A DNA stretch of 64,000 nucleotides from NCBI GenBank assembly GCA_051294375.1, contig JBJCIZ010000239.1, positions 7,068,852 to 7,132,851 on the forward strand, in the 5' to 3' direction. The stretch comes from Paraspadella gotoi. Its lineage: Eukaryota > Animalia > Chaetognatha. Positions 37,726 through 51,601 of the stretch are shown piece by piece (position 1 is the stretch's first letter; each line of letters opens with the position of its first letter). Made by a program: the position numbers and the translations under genes. The notes beneath the pieces are model-generated. The model saw nothing but the letters and a program-made list of their open reading frames with translations, was not told the origin of the DNA and did not search any database.

Positions 37726-38290
37726 GGCTTTCGGAAAATAGTGCAGTGTCTGTTTCAATCTTCCCAAAGTAGTGTTGTTTCTAAACGACGAGATAATATT
37801 GTATAAAATACGCTAATCCAATATAGAAATTATCCAATCATTTAATCAATAAGCTATAATCCTATCCCTCATACAAGATAATAACATAGCAGGACTCTGC
37901 AAGCTTTCAACTTCCAGTGCTTGGCTTTCTTATCTATGAAATAAGAATGATGGAGGACTTAACTCATAGCTTGTCCCAAGTCAGGGGCAAGATAGCTTAT
38001 CTATTAAATGAATGTATAATATTTAAATTAGATGTAACAATTTCAAGATATTCTCAGTAAGAGACGATTTTATCATTGAAGCTGGTGATATTATAAATGT
38101 ATTGTAGCGCTTACTGGCTAAAGGGAAGCGTAACACAACTTAGTGCAGCGTCGTGCTGAGTAACGGAATGCAGCACAGCGTACCGTACCGCATCTTATCG
38201 TCTTTCTTGGTGCGGCCCCCGTTTTTCCAACGACGGCAGTAGTTTATTTCGCCGCTTATATTTCAGGATGAATCGACTCCGGGGCGCAGG

Positions 38291-38882
38291 CGCGCCCAGG
38301 CTGCGGGGCGGGGGGAGAGAGAGATTATCCGGTGCCGTCACGCTCTCCCCCCGCGGCGAGCCGCGCGCGGCGTCGGGCGGTGTTGTTCGTGAGCGGGTGG
38401 TGCGCGGAGCGGCCCCCGGGCCGGGACTGGGCATCGCCGTGTCCAGGGCGTGTCGCTCGTCGCCGCTCCGCGAGCTGCCCGCCGCGGTCCGTGCGCCGCG
38501 CCGCCGCCCCGCCCGCGCGCGCGCGGGCGGTCGGCCGCGCCGCGGGGCCGTCTGTTTGTGCCGTTCCGTCTGGTGTCCAGGAGCAAGGACACAAGCGCGA
38601 AGTGGTGGCAAGGAGCAGATGAAGCGCTAAAGTCAGAAGTTATGGGCGAGAGCGGGGGAGCGAGGCGGGACGACGAGAGTGAAGGCGGACGGAGCGGAAT
38701 GGAACGAGTGGACAATGGACGAGCGACAGAGGTGAGCGTAGGACGAGATAGCTAGACGACGGGAGTCGTGCAAGGTAGTGTTGCCGAGGTATAGTGTTAT
38801 GTCGATTCATATGCTAGAAGAGTGGCTATGAAAGGAAGTGAGTAGGGAAGGAAGGGAGAGAGAGGAGAGAGAGAGGAGAGAG
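38291..38882 (+). repeat. Very GC-rich block grading into GA-rich sequence, duplicated exactly at 54066-54657
   Basis: Identical ORFs at offset 15775; the second copy begins right after a 25-N gap. Confidence 0.93.
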
Positions 38883-39355
38883 AGAAGAGAAGGGAGAGGA
38901 GAGAGAGAGAGAGAAGGAGAGAAGAGGGAGAGAGGAGAGAGACAGAGCCAGTGATGGGGTCGGTCAGGTGTGCCGGAATGCGCTGAGAGGTCTGGCAAAA
39001 AAAAAAAAAAGAGGAAAGAGTATTTTTTGTTCGGAATGGAAGTTCCGCCAATTTTCTCAAGGTCGGGCGCCCAGCAGTCGTCGTGTCGTTTTGTCGGCCG
39101 TGTCGTCCTTCCTCATCGTGTCACGCATGTAGTCGATCATCGTCCAGTTGCCGGTCCGCGCGTTTTTTCGCAGCGTCATCACTCCGCCATTTGTCAAAAA
39201 AAATAAAATAATTACTGATCAGAGTTCAAGGTTTTCTTCTCTGGACTTTATTGACGTGAGTGAATTCCCTACTTTGTCGTCACGTCGTCATAGTATAATA
39301 GGCATTTAAGAAGTGCTTGTAGGGGGTTTTAATATAATATGCGCTCGTTTACCAA

Positions 39356-39500
39356 TACAGTAAGCCAAACTTTGTCAATGGGGTTGGTCAGAAGTTTGAT
39401 TTGGGAACCTTTCCCAAATGAAACTTCATACATTTCTGAGAAAACTTTCAATGGAAACCAAAATTTTCTAAAATGGCTAGCAGCATTAGTAATTAATTTT
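39356..39500 (+). mobile_element. Dispersed repeat, possible Tc1/pogo-like DNA transposon end
   Basis: Begins TA-CAGTAAGCC; caaactttgtcaatggg...cccaaatgaaacttcatacatttctg recurs diverged at about 61205-61360 and inverted at 53620-53755. Confidence 0.5.
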
Positions 39501-40586
39501 TTAATATATTTGATTTTATAGAGTGGGACAATGTCAAAAACAAATTTTTGGCATTTTTATAAAAGGCAGATATTCAGATAGCTTATAAAAGTTGTGTCTA
39601 CAACAAAGCTATAAATTTCCTTTTTACAATATTTTTTAAAAAATCATACCTCATCATAGACACTCATCCGATAATTTTAATAGTTTTTGCCTCATTTTTA
39701 AGTAAACGAAACATCAAATTTTCAAAAAGTATGTAATCTAATATTTTTTGCACTAACTTTTTGACGCTCTATAGAATCAATTAAAAAAAAAGCTTAAATA
39801 AAAACCGTTTTACATTAATTAGGCAAAAATATAATATTTATTTAATTTAGCGAATTACTCATGGTTTCGCAAACATTTTTGGCAAAAAAAATGTTTTAAC
39901 TCAATAGTAACTAATACCATGAATAGAGATTCGTTATACATCAACGTATCCGCATTAAAACTTTTAATTTTGGTAAGGTGCCTATACGCGACCACTTGGG
40001 TTTGACTCGCCGGGAAACCGTACGTGAAGTAACGACTTATGGCTGCTCTTGGAGGTATACGAAAAATTTAAACGCCGAATATAATCTATTTTGTTTATAA
40101 GAATTTTTAAAATCTCCTCTTAATTCATCTCTCTTTCTCAAATAATGTGTTGACTCGTAATGGTTATGTCTCCCTATAGTAATTTTTTTCGTTGAGTTTC
40201 TGCATTAGTTGATTATTTACTTGGATAATTGAAAATGTATTACGGTGTCACAATTGTTATATCATCTGGGACAGATCTTCATACATTCGATATCCTCAGC
40301 TCGTCTCGCATTAGGACAGAGCACAGACGTTCCTCCTAACCAATCTAACGACCTTCCATAAGCGCCTCCGCTCTCTCTCTCTATCTTCGTCTCTCTCTCT
40401 CTCTCCTCTCCTCCTTCTCTATCTCTTTCTCTCTCTCTCTCTCTCATATCTAAATCCATCGTCATTCCTATAACCGATCCGCTCCACCAGTATACTTGTT
40501 ACCTTGTTTTGAACCTTGAAATTCACTGATAACCTGGCAGCAGAATTCTCTCTCTCTCATCTATCTCTCTCTTCGTCTTTCTCATC

Positions 40587-40623
<37 letters not shown>

Positions 40624-40630
40624 CTCTCTC

Positions 40631-40672
<42 letters not shown>

Positions 40673-41024
40673 GCAATCTCTCATCTTCTCAACCAAAAAA
40701 ATATAATAGATTCATTCAATTAACGAAGCATATGCCCTCTTGACTTGGGAGAATGAATACAAATTCATACAAACAGGCATTTTACAGTAATAAGAAAGTA
40801 TTACAAGACAGAGATGTGTGGATAAAAGTAAGCAGTTGAGACTTGAGAATATAATAAAGTATAGCAAGCCTGCAAGCTTTCAATCAAAAACTCTCTCCGA
40901 CGCCTAATTTATTCACTTCCGTAATATTTTGATTTATACATTTTTTATATGTTTATTTAATATCATTAAATACCTAATATTTTTTATTGTAAACCTAAGA
41001 AACCACTTTTTTTCTGGTCCTCAT

Positions 41025-41069
<45 letters not shown>

Positions 41070-41089
<20 letters not shown>

Positions 41090-41709
41090 AATTCCACAAA
41101 ACTCCACAATGCAAATAATACCTTTGCTCAATAATCGAGATAATGAAGACAAATGGCTTTAAAAAAAAACCAACAATGCGTAGATTGAGAAAAGAGAAAA
41201 AATCCGTAATGGGAATATTTAATAGCTTGTGCCTCTGGCTTTGGCCGGATCTCGGTCTCTTCTCTCTCTCTCTCATCTCTCTCTCTCTCTTCCTCTCCGC
41301 TCTCTCCTCTCTCTCCTCTCTCTCTCTCTCTCTGCATCATACTCTTCCCAGTGCCCAGGGCTTGAAACATTTCAGTGTTCTAATCGCGCGGGCAACGTTG
41401 TGTTTGTTTTACACAAATTAACATACTGTAAAGGATGAGTGAGTTGGAAGAGAGAGAGAGAGAGAGAGAGAAGAGAGAGAGAGAAAGAGAGGAGAGAGAG
41501 CAAGAGGAGAGACGGAGAGGAGAGAGAGAGAAGAGAGAGAGAAGAGAGAGAGAGGAGAAGAGAGAGGAGAGAGAGAGAAACGAGTTTCAGCGCGTTGCGA
41601 GGAAGTCCTGACTTAAAAATCTGTTAGATAATATTTCTCGCAGAAGAGATAGAGAGAGAGAGAGAGAGGAGAGAGAAGAGAAGAGAGGAGAGAGAGAGAG
41701 AGAAGAAAA

Positions 41710-41740
<31 letters not shown>

Positions 41741-42094
41741 GAACGAAGAGAGAGAGGAGAGAGAGATAGATAGTATAGAAAAACGAGGACATCGTCCTGC
41801 GCACGCGGCATGAAAAACTCTCTCTCATCTCTTTAGCTCTCTCAACTCCACCCCCCTGCTCTATCCTCTCTCCTCGTCCCTGTCTCTCATCCGCATTCAT
41901 TGGAATCATCTCCGCGCGCGTCTCGTCTCCGCCCTCCACGCGCCCTCCTCCGCCCTCGCTCCTATTTCGCCCTTATCTACCCTCATCCTCTTCGGTCCCT
42001 TTCTTTGCTTGTTTGCGCGCACGTTCCTTCCTCTCCCTCCTCACGTCTCCATCTCGAGCTTGCGCCACTNNNNNNNNNNNNNNNNNNNNNNNNN

Positions 42095-42126
<32 letters not shown>

Positions 42127-42333
42127 TCTCATCCTCTTATTCAAACTCCACAAAATTGCAAAAATCACCTTTGCATTCATAATCGAGTAATGAAGAACAA
42201 ATGGACTTAAAAAAAACAACAATGCGTTAGATTGAGAAAAAGAGAAAAATCCGTAATGGGAATATTTAATAGTTGTGCCTCTGGCTTTGGCCGGGAATCT
42301 CAGGCTCTCTCTCTTCTTCTCTCTCTCTCTCTA

Positions 42334-42389
<56 letters not shown>

Positions 42390-42750
42390 CTCTTCTCTCT
42401 CTCTCTCTCCTCTCTACTCTTCCCAGTGCCCGGGCTTGAACATTTCACGTGTTCTAATCGCGCTGGCAACGGTGTGGTTGTTTTACAAATTAACATACGT
42501 TAGGACTTGAGGTGACGTTGGAAGAGAAGAGAGAGAGAGAGAGCAGAGAGAGAGAGAGAGACGGAGAACGAGAGACGATCGCGAGGAAGACGATGCAGAG
42601 AGTCTAAGAGAGCAGAGACGGGAGAGGAGAGAGAGAGAAAGAGAGAAAGAAAGAGAGAGAGAGGAAAGAGAGAGGAGGAGAGAGAGAGAGGAGAAAGAGT
42701 TTCAGCGCATGGTGCGAGAATGTCTGACTAAAATGTTAAGATAATTCTTG
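41070..42750 (+). repeat. Two noisy tandem copies (about 41070-41640 and 42130-42750) either side of the 25-N gap at 42070-42094
   Basis: Shared caaactccaca...gagaaaagagaaaaatccgtaatgggaatatttaatag...tactcttcccagtgccc...gagtttcagcgc. Confidence 0.9.
42427..42511 (+). CDS. Possible upstream Ig-gene exon (F-G-strand-like), error-damaged; other copy 41352-41438
   Basis: tactcttcccag acceptor and gtgag-type donor; reads PGLEHFTCSNRAGNGVVVLQINIR. Lies upstream of, and on the same strand as, the inverted gene copy. Confidence 0.35.
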
Positions 42751-42769
42751 CATCCTCAGGCTTCTATCT

Positions 42770-42830
<61 letters not shown>

Positions 42831-43904
42831 CCTGCGACCCGGAGTCGAATTCATCCTGAAATATAAGCGGCTTAAATAAATACTGCCGTCGTTGGAAAAA
42901 CGGGGCCGCACCAAGAAAGACGATAAGATTGCGGTATGGTACGCTGTGCTGCATTGCGTTACTCAGCACGACAGCTGCACTAAGTTGTGTTACGCTTCCC
43001 TTTAAGCCAGTAAGCGCTACAATACATTTATAATATCACCAGCTTCAATGATAAAATCGTTCTTACTGAAGAATATCTTGAAATTGTACATCTAATTTAA
43101 ATATTATACATTCATTTAATACTTAAGCTATTTGCCCCTGACTTGGGACGAAGCTATGAGTTAAGTCCTCCATCATTCTTATTTCATACGATAAGAAAGC
43201 CAAGCACTGGAAGTTGAAGCGTGCAGAGTTCCTGCTATGTTATTATCTTGTATGAGGGATTAGGATTATAGCTTATTGATTAAATGACTTGGATAATTTC
43301 TATATTGGATTAGCGTATTTTATACAATATTTACCTCGTCGTTTAGAAAACAACATACTTTGGGAAGATTGAAAACAAACACTGCAACTATTTTCGAAAG
43401 CCCCTATTTTCTTTTCCTAATCCTTTGAAGAGACAGTAATTTATTGATAAGTGTTATGGACCAAAACTGTTCAATATTAAGCAGTCCCTGAGCTTCGATC
43501 AGGCGATGTACGTTGGCTCGCGCACCAATGGCCACTGATGGTAACGGTTGGTGGATTTTAGTCCACCATACTCGCCCGCGCTCCCGAGGAAGATGTCTGT
43601 TTGCGGTCTCTTCGTGAAATGTTTTGTTGTTGGTAGAAAGTTTTCGTACCAAAGTTGAGGCATGTCGCCTATGTGTTGGTGGGGCGGAAAGTGCATCGCC
43701 AGGTTGAGGCATGTCGCTGAAAGTGGTTGTTGTTGCTGTTGTGTTCGGAAGTCGGGCTCACCATGAAGAGACAGTAATTATTGATAAGTGTTAATGACAG
43801 AACCGTTCAAGAAATATAAGCAGTCCCTTGAGCCTTCGGAATCAAGGCTGTAACACCATGTTACTAGGCCGGGTTAAGCGCCCGTGCCCTCTTAACTGCC
43901 AGAC

Positions 43905-43976
43905 GACCACCGGGCTAGAACCCCGGACCTTTGGCGTTGGGAGGCGAATGATCTTGCCATTTTCGGCACCAATGCC
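43905..43976 (-). mobile_element. tRNA-derived SINE-like head
   Basis: Minus strand ggtgccgaaaatggcaaga...cgcctcccaacgccaaaggtccggggttctagcccgg: A-box-like, anticodon-loop-like CTCCCAA, B-box-like GGTTCTAGCCC. Confidence 0.5.
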
Positions 43977-45279
43977 GCTGATGGAAACGTTGGTGTATTT
44001 TAGTCCACGCATACCTTGAACTTAATTTTAACCTTAAAGATTTAACCCTAATCTCTTCCCTAATTCTTTACTAAATCCCCAACCTTAATTCTTGACCCTC
44101 ATCTCTTATTCTAAATCCATGATACTCAACCTTAATCATTTAAACTTATCTCCTAATGCTAAACCTAAATCCCCTAACCTAATCCCTAACCTAATCCCTA
44201 ACCTAATACCCAGCTCTAATTCCTCACCGAATTCTTTAAACCAAAAAAATATATTTCTGTTATTTCTGAATTTAGCAGAGCGACTCTATTAACACTTTTC
44301 GGTCGATCGCTCTGTCGGTCGGTTCGGTAATGTCTGTCCGTCGATCTGCGCACTTAGTTTAAAAAATGCATATAATTTACCTATATGTTAGTTTTCATTT
44401 GTTAAGCACAGAAAAACCTCAAATCTTGCGGCAGCCTTGGGGAAATCCTAAAACTAAAATGTGCGTATCATAAATTCAGAAAGTCAGTGCGGCGCAACGC
44501 ATTGGATGGACCGATCTTGTTTTTTATATCCATCCATGTTTCCTTTTTTTTTTTTTTCATGATCGATGGGCGTTTTGCTTCGAGAAATTAATTTCGCTCA
44601 TCGAGTTTTATAAAAGAAGATTATTTTTTTTTGGAAAGAATTTTCGAGAAATTCTCGCGGTTAATTTCAGTAATTGGAGAATTCAATATTGTTCATTAAC
44701 TCGTTTTACATTACAAAATAAAGATGGAGCAAAAATACTGAAAAAAATTAAGAGAGAGAGCAGAGAGAGAGGGAGAGAGAGAGGGAGAGAGAGAGGAGAG
44801 CAGAGAGAGGAAGAGAGAGAGAAAGAGAGATTTAATAGTCGTAACAGGAACAAAGCTTCGAAAATAAAACAATCGCTTGAAAGTGAAACATTACAACCGC
44901 CAAAAGATGGGAAGCCTTCCAAACGGTTTTTTGCAATTTCCGATTAATCAATGGGAGAAAATGGGCGGAAGAGAGAAGAGAAGATGAGAGAGAGAGAGAG
45001 AGGAGAGAGAGGACAAAGAGGAGAAAATTTATCTTTATAAAAAATAATAAGGCATTAAAGCTTACAACTTCATTATGTTTTAGTTTTTTAAAATTTAGGC
45101 ATTCATCTTGTAATGAATATCTCAATTTACCTGAAAGAGACTTATAAAGAAGAGAGAGAGAGGAGAGAGAGGAGCGAGAAGGAGATGGGAGAGAGAGAGA
45201 GAGAGTCAGGGGAAGAGAGTCAGACAGACAGACACAGAGGACAAAATATTCAATAATATTTTTGTTTATTTCATCGCAG

Positions 45280-48200
45280 CGGACGGCGGTTAAACAATGA
45301 ATTTTCAGATCAGTGACCGATCAGACGACCGAAGAACATTTCAGTACCATAAATCGGGGAGGCATTACGGGTAAGAAACTAATACGTTGTTGATATAACG
45401 AAATATGAATGATTATAAAAATTAATAAAATACCATAAACAAGGAGCATTAGTCACCGTCTTTTTTAATTTTAAAACTTAAGAAAACGAGCTTTGGATGT
45501 GAATACCCGTGACATATTTGTGTCCACATCAGGAATTGATGGACAGTTTTATTGCAACGTACTAGGTCGTCACTATGCTCTCGCGAACGAAAAACTAGTT
45601 TACATTATACTGTACTGTACATAAATTTGGAGGTATCAACAATCAGTTTGTTTGGTGGTTGAGTCAAAATGGAGATCGGTAGTTCTTTCAATACTCTGTT
45701 GCAAACAGCTAGCTGCTGGAGTGCAAGCTTAAAATAGAAAAAAATAAAATAAAAAAATGAGCAAAAATATATAGACGATGATTTAACAAACGTGTGGGAA
45801 AGCTAAACAGATGGCGGTCCGGCAAGTAGAGAGGAGAAGAGGAGAGAGATGCCAGCGGGATGGCCTGAGAGATGAGAGCAGGAAGAGAGCAGAATGAGAG
45901 AGAGACGACAGAGGAGAGGAGAGGAGAGATGTTAACAAGAATGGAAAGGTGCAATAAATCAGCGGAGGGGATGTCGGCCAGTGAAACTACGCTTCTGGGA
46001 AGACGAAAATATGACTGGGAAGGCGAGAGGAGGAACCGAAAGGAAGGGGCAGAGATGGCTTGGGTCTGGAAAGCACGGGGATGTTTAGAAGGAGGTTAGG
46101 GTGGGGTAGGGAATTATATAATATTAATTCATGAACGATGATGAACATTAATTTATAAAAAAAAGAATTTTTTTTTCTATGTTTTTTTTTATTTTCGCAG
46201 TTAGGCATTATATATTCATAAATTTCAAATAGGCTTGCTATCTTATGGCAGATTTTAAACATTTTTCATCAAAAGTTAATAAAAGAAATATAATTAACAT
46301 TAAGTGGCGGGGTTAAAATTAAAAAAACAGTATTTCAACATATTAAAAAACTTATTGTTCAGCTTATAAAATATAAGTTTTTATGATTTGGACGATTATT
46401 AAGACTTGTTTTTTAATTTTTGTACTAAAACCATTTTGAAATTTGTAATATTTATTAGAGTTATTAATAGGTATAAATGTTGTGCTACTCAATAATTTAA
46501 AAAAATATATTAACATTTTTATTGCTATTATTGAAGTACAGAGGTTCATTCATCACTTTTAAAGATATTTAAGTTAAAATTTAGGAATTTTTACCAACGC
46601 CTTCTCAGTGTTAGGGGGGGGGGGCGCGGATGTACGGAAGGGTGTGGAGGTCTTGGATGTTGATGGGAGGGGGTGTGGGGAATTGAGGGGTGTGGTGTGC
46701 GCAAGGGGGCGGGAGGTAGACGAAAAGTAGAAAAGTCTAACTTTGCGACTGATGAGTATAAATTGTTTTTCTCTGACGGGTTTCTCTGAATTGGGTTTCC
46801 GATTCGAATATGCCTCCCTCTTTATCCCCCCACACACACGGCCCACTGTACCGTTGTTTCACACATAAAAAAAATATTGATCTAAACACAATTTTTTTTA
46901 ACTCAACCAAACTCTGGAAAAAGCCCCCAGTTTTAAAATTCCAGAATTAATTTAATCTTTTTAAGTTAACAGAAGTAGTAGTTAAGAGTTTGGCTAGTGA
47001 TTGAGATAAGAGATTTTGGTCAGTGAGTAGGATTAGGTAGAGATTAGGTTACTAATAGATAATTGTTTTGTGATTAGGGAATTGGGATTTAGGGTTTTAA
47101 TGATTTGTGATAATTGTAAGTGTTATGTTAATATTATAAGTTGGTGATAATCTATGAAATGATGATCATGATGAATGTGATTAGTTAACGTTTGTTCTAC
47201 ACGTGGTACTGTACTTACTGGTAACACAGAGTTATAACAATCTAAGGGGAGGCCAGTCTCAACCACGAGGGTCAAGGGGAATGATGTGATTAGTGCCTGA
47301 AGAAGAAAGATCGCTGTTCGCGAAGATTCTTTATAAGCTTTAATGAATTTTTCTTTATATGTATATGTAGATGTACTCTGATATTAAACCATAAATGGAT
47401 ATTTTGTTTCTAGATTCGAAATCGACACTTTCATTTTCCAATGATATTTTTCGATGACCGTGAGTAATAATCTGATACGAAGAATGTTTTTTTGCGAGTT
47501 GCGAGAGCACTTTATAAGTCAGCTTCTTCTCTCTGTCTATCTGTATGGGTCGTCAGTCGCTCGGTTGATTGTTTGATTGATTTGGCAATTCTGTCTCTGT
47601 CCAAACTATCAACCAATCAAATTATTTAAATCAATCAGAACCAAAATCCAACCAACTTCAATCGAATAAATCAAATCAATCAATAGCATCAGATCGTAAT
47701 CAATCAATCATCAAATAAATCTATTTCATCCAATGTCACATCAAATCCCCTCTTCATCCCAGGCCCTTTGTCAGTCCGTCCTCGCACGAGCTTCCCGCCT
47801 CCAGTGCATCGCCTGCCCGAGAATTCCTCGTCCGCGGATCATGTGCGGTGACGCCCACTTTCGAATTCGTTGGAGGGACCCCTGCGGTCAAATAATCTCC
47901 GAGATGGGATTTGGGTCAGGAGGAGTGTACTATTGTGTTTTTTTGTTTTTTTATTATTTATTTATTATTTATTTATATTATATTTATTATTTATTTAATT
48001 TATTGATTTATTGATTTATTGTTTTATTGATTGATTGATTATATTATTTATTTATTGTATGTTATGTGGTTTATTTTTTTATTTATTTATTTATTTATTT
48101 TTTATTTTTATTTTTTTATTTTTGATTATTTATTTATTTATTTATTTATTCTATTTATTTAATTTATTTAATTTAATTTTTTTTTTTTTATTTTTTTCTA

Positions 48201-50903
48201 ATTTTTTTATTGATTTGTATGTTGATTTATTTTTTTATTTTTTTATTTTTTATTTATTATAGTTGATTTATCTATTGATTATTAGTGTTATTTAATTTTT
48301 TATTATATTGTATTTATTGTTTTTTTGATTGTATTAGAATTTTATGGTTTCTTTTCCTTTTAAGATTCTTTTGTATTGAATTTGAAGACTTACTTTAAAT
48401 TTCATTTACAGGGCTGAACTCTTTTACTAAAAATCACATCATTTAAGGAATTTAGCTAAATATTAAAAGAAACAGAGGAAGAGAGATGAGCGAAGTAACA
48501 AAAAACGAGACCCTCTTTGAATATCAAACAGTAGAAGTGTGGTGGTCGGAGAATGGAATGATACAACAGGAGTCGCATTTAAAAATGTATGAGGAAGAAG
48601 TTTCGAAGAAGAAAACAAAGAAAATGAAGTATAAAAGGAAAGTAAGAAAACTGTTGCCTCCCGACGCGTGATTTTTTTAAGGAGGGGGATGGTGTTGTGA
48701 AGAAAAGTGACGATGACGTGGCTGAGATACAATGGCGCGTTATTTTTCATGAACGCTCCATTTATTTTTAATTTTGTATTCTGAAATCATTTTTTTGTGA
48801 GAGTATTGGTGTGTGAAAGTTAGGTCATAACAGCAAAAATGAAAATGATACGAAAATATGCGAGATGGTGTGAGAGGAAAAGAGAAGAGAGATGGAGAGA
48901 GAATTTGATTGGAATAGAGGAAAATAGACAACAAAATAAATAAGTCTAGGTCGCTTTTGCGACTGCCGCGTGCGTATATTCGCTGCGAGGGTGCCGCGAT
49001 AAGTCTCTCGGGTCATAAACCGCAAGGAATGGTGCCTGTCGTCTCACCCTGGATCTGGAAGGCCGCGCCGGAACGACGCGGGGCATGGCGGCGGCCGGCG
49101 TGGGCGGGCGTCAATCGCCAATTGCGCGGGGGCCCTAAGTTCGACTATATGTTGTACGGACCGATGGCGCGACGTTCGTTGTCCGTCGTCCGATTGTGAT
49201 GAGAAAAATGATCGGGACTCCAAAGGTGGTTCTCTTCGGAAGAGCTACGGCGATTTCGTTCAATTAAGTTTTGTTTAAGGTCGAACAATTAGTGAGGTTT
49301 AGGGCGAGGGAGGAGGGTCTATCGCGATAGGGCATTTAGGGATGGGAAATTGGTTAGAGTTTGGCCAAGGATTGGATTAAATTTTTAGGAAAAATATTCA
49401 GAAGCAAGAATATTTAAGGCGGCCAGCGGCGGTTGGGCGCAGTGGCGGTGGCCAGCGGGCAGCGGCGCGGTACTTTCGCTAGCTAACTAGATTAAGGAAA
49501 GAGTGCTTTCTGTTCTATTTGATATTTTTCGATTAAAAAAAAATGGCCGACGACGAAAAGATGAGCCGACGACGGCGACGATGAAGAAGACTGACTACAT
49601 CGTGGAAACGAGATTCGATTATAATTCACTGACGATTATTGTTTCTTATTATTCGGAGAAAAAACCCTACAGTTATTGGTGGTTGATTGGTTGTGGTGGA
49701 CGAATTGTTGATTTTGTTGATTGCTATAGTTTTTGTTTAGTAAATTGTTGGCTGGTTACGTATAATTGATTGATTTGTTGGTTTGGTTGGTTTGATTTGG
49801 TTGTACTAAAGAGTTAATTGGTTTGGTGGGTATGTTAGTTTGTGTTGGTAGCAGTCACTTGCTTTTGATTGCTTGGTTGGTTTGTTAGTATGTTGTTGGT
49901 TGGTGCTGTATCGGTTTTGGGTGTTGTTTTTGATTGGTGGTTGGAGTTAAGAATTAATTGCTGTGAGTTGTTTTGGTTTTTGATTGTCGTGAAGAGAGAA
50001 CAATTGATCGAATTCGTATCCGCTGCGATCAGATGCATCGGATCATGATTGGGTTGGTGAGTCTTTATTGATGTGTTGCTATGACCTGGGTGGTGGATTT
50101 GTTAGTTTTTCTTCACAGGGCTCTCGGCCTCGCCTTCGGGTTATCGTTACATAACAAGATTCCTCCATCAATGTCCGCCATTTTATTCTCCCGCCTATCT
50201 CGCATGATCCTGGTCAACGCCATACTTTTTATTCTCCCGCACTCGACGTCAATCCATCTCTTTTATTTCCGCCCGTCGACGGTCTAAACGCCATCTTTTA
50301 TTCTCCGCATTGTCGATGTCAATGCCATTTCTTTATTCTCCCGCCATCAACGTTCATACGCCACATCTTTATTCTCCCCCCGCCTGTCGATGTCATACCG
50401 CCTTCTGCTTTTATTTCTCCCGCCTTATCAACGTCATACATATGCCATCTTATTCTCCCCGGCCATCTTTTATTCTCCCGCCGTCGCCGTCAAACGCCAG
50501 TCTTTGATTTCACCTTCCTTGAAACGCGATTCTTTTAATCTCGACGCGCGGTCGGAAAAAAAGATGGAAAGGGAAATTCGTCATATTCATTAAAGTGGGA
50601 GGGGGTGAGAATTAAGGAGGAATAAAAAAAGAGGGGAATAAAAAAGTAAAAAAAAAGAGAAAAACAAGAAAAGAAAAACAAAACTTTAAATGTACAAAGT
50701 CATATTTTTAAAGAACCTTAAAAATTGACGACATAAAACAAAAAGTATTGAACTAAAAGGTGAGATTAAAGATCAGTAGATTCTACAATAAATCAAGTTT
50801 TATTTATTTTACTTTATTGTATTTAATACTTTTTTCTCCCCGTCTTCTCTGTTTTCCATTTCTGCTTTCGCTCTGTCTTTCTTTCTCTGTCTCTCTTTCT
50901 TTC

Positions 50904-50938
<35 letters not shown>

Positions 50939-50939
50939 A

Positions 50940-50971
<32 letters not shown>

Positions 50972-51101
50972 AGGCCTCAACGCCCACCAAAAATCCAACC
51001 AGCATCGATTTTCCTCGTCGTCATTTCTTTGCATTTTTCCAAGTCTCTCTCTCACCTCTCTTCTCTCTCTCTCTCTTCTCCCTATCTACCTATCTAATCT
51101 C

Positions 51102-51162
<61 letters not shown>

Positions 51163-51601
51163 ACTATCTTCTATCTCTCTTCTCACCTCGCTAAGAGAAT
51201 CATTTTCTCTCCTTGCTGCTGATATACATATTGAGTCTCTCTCTCTCGCTCACTCTCTCTCCTTATCTCTCTCTCTATCGTTCTCTCCCCTTATAAAAAA
51301 TCCTGTAAGTCTGGGAGAGGAGATTCTATCCTTTCTTTCATTTTCTTTTTCTTTCTTTTTTTTCTTTCTGTTCACCCCCCCCGCATTCTTTGTATAAAAT
51401 AAAAAGCGACAGAACAAAATTTTCTTTTTTTTCTACCTCGGAATTAGTTAATTTTTTATTCTCCTCCTCCTCTTCCTCTTACCTCCTCCTCCTCCTTCAG
51501 CTTCGGCGGAACCTCATCCTCGCAATGCCAAATGGTAACCGGGAAATCCATTCATCCAACGTTACGTGCGATTGGACCCGACGCACAACTAGTTGTTTGA
51601 G
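45280..51601 (+). pseudogene. Inverted, indel-damaged copy of Ig-gene exons a (about 45280-45370), b (47763-47914), c (about 48970-49225) and d (51501-51601)
   Basis: Recognisable splice sites and codons (ggcattacgg|gtaag; ccag|gccctttg; ccaaag|gtgg; ttcag|cttcggcgga). Damage looks like raw-read error. Confidence 0.7.

Noticed and set aside
38195-38755. 138-aa and 125-aa GC-rich ORFs (and the 178-aa ORF at 53850-54386)
   Set aside because: Low complexity, open in most frames because of GC content; the longer one reads through an N gap.
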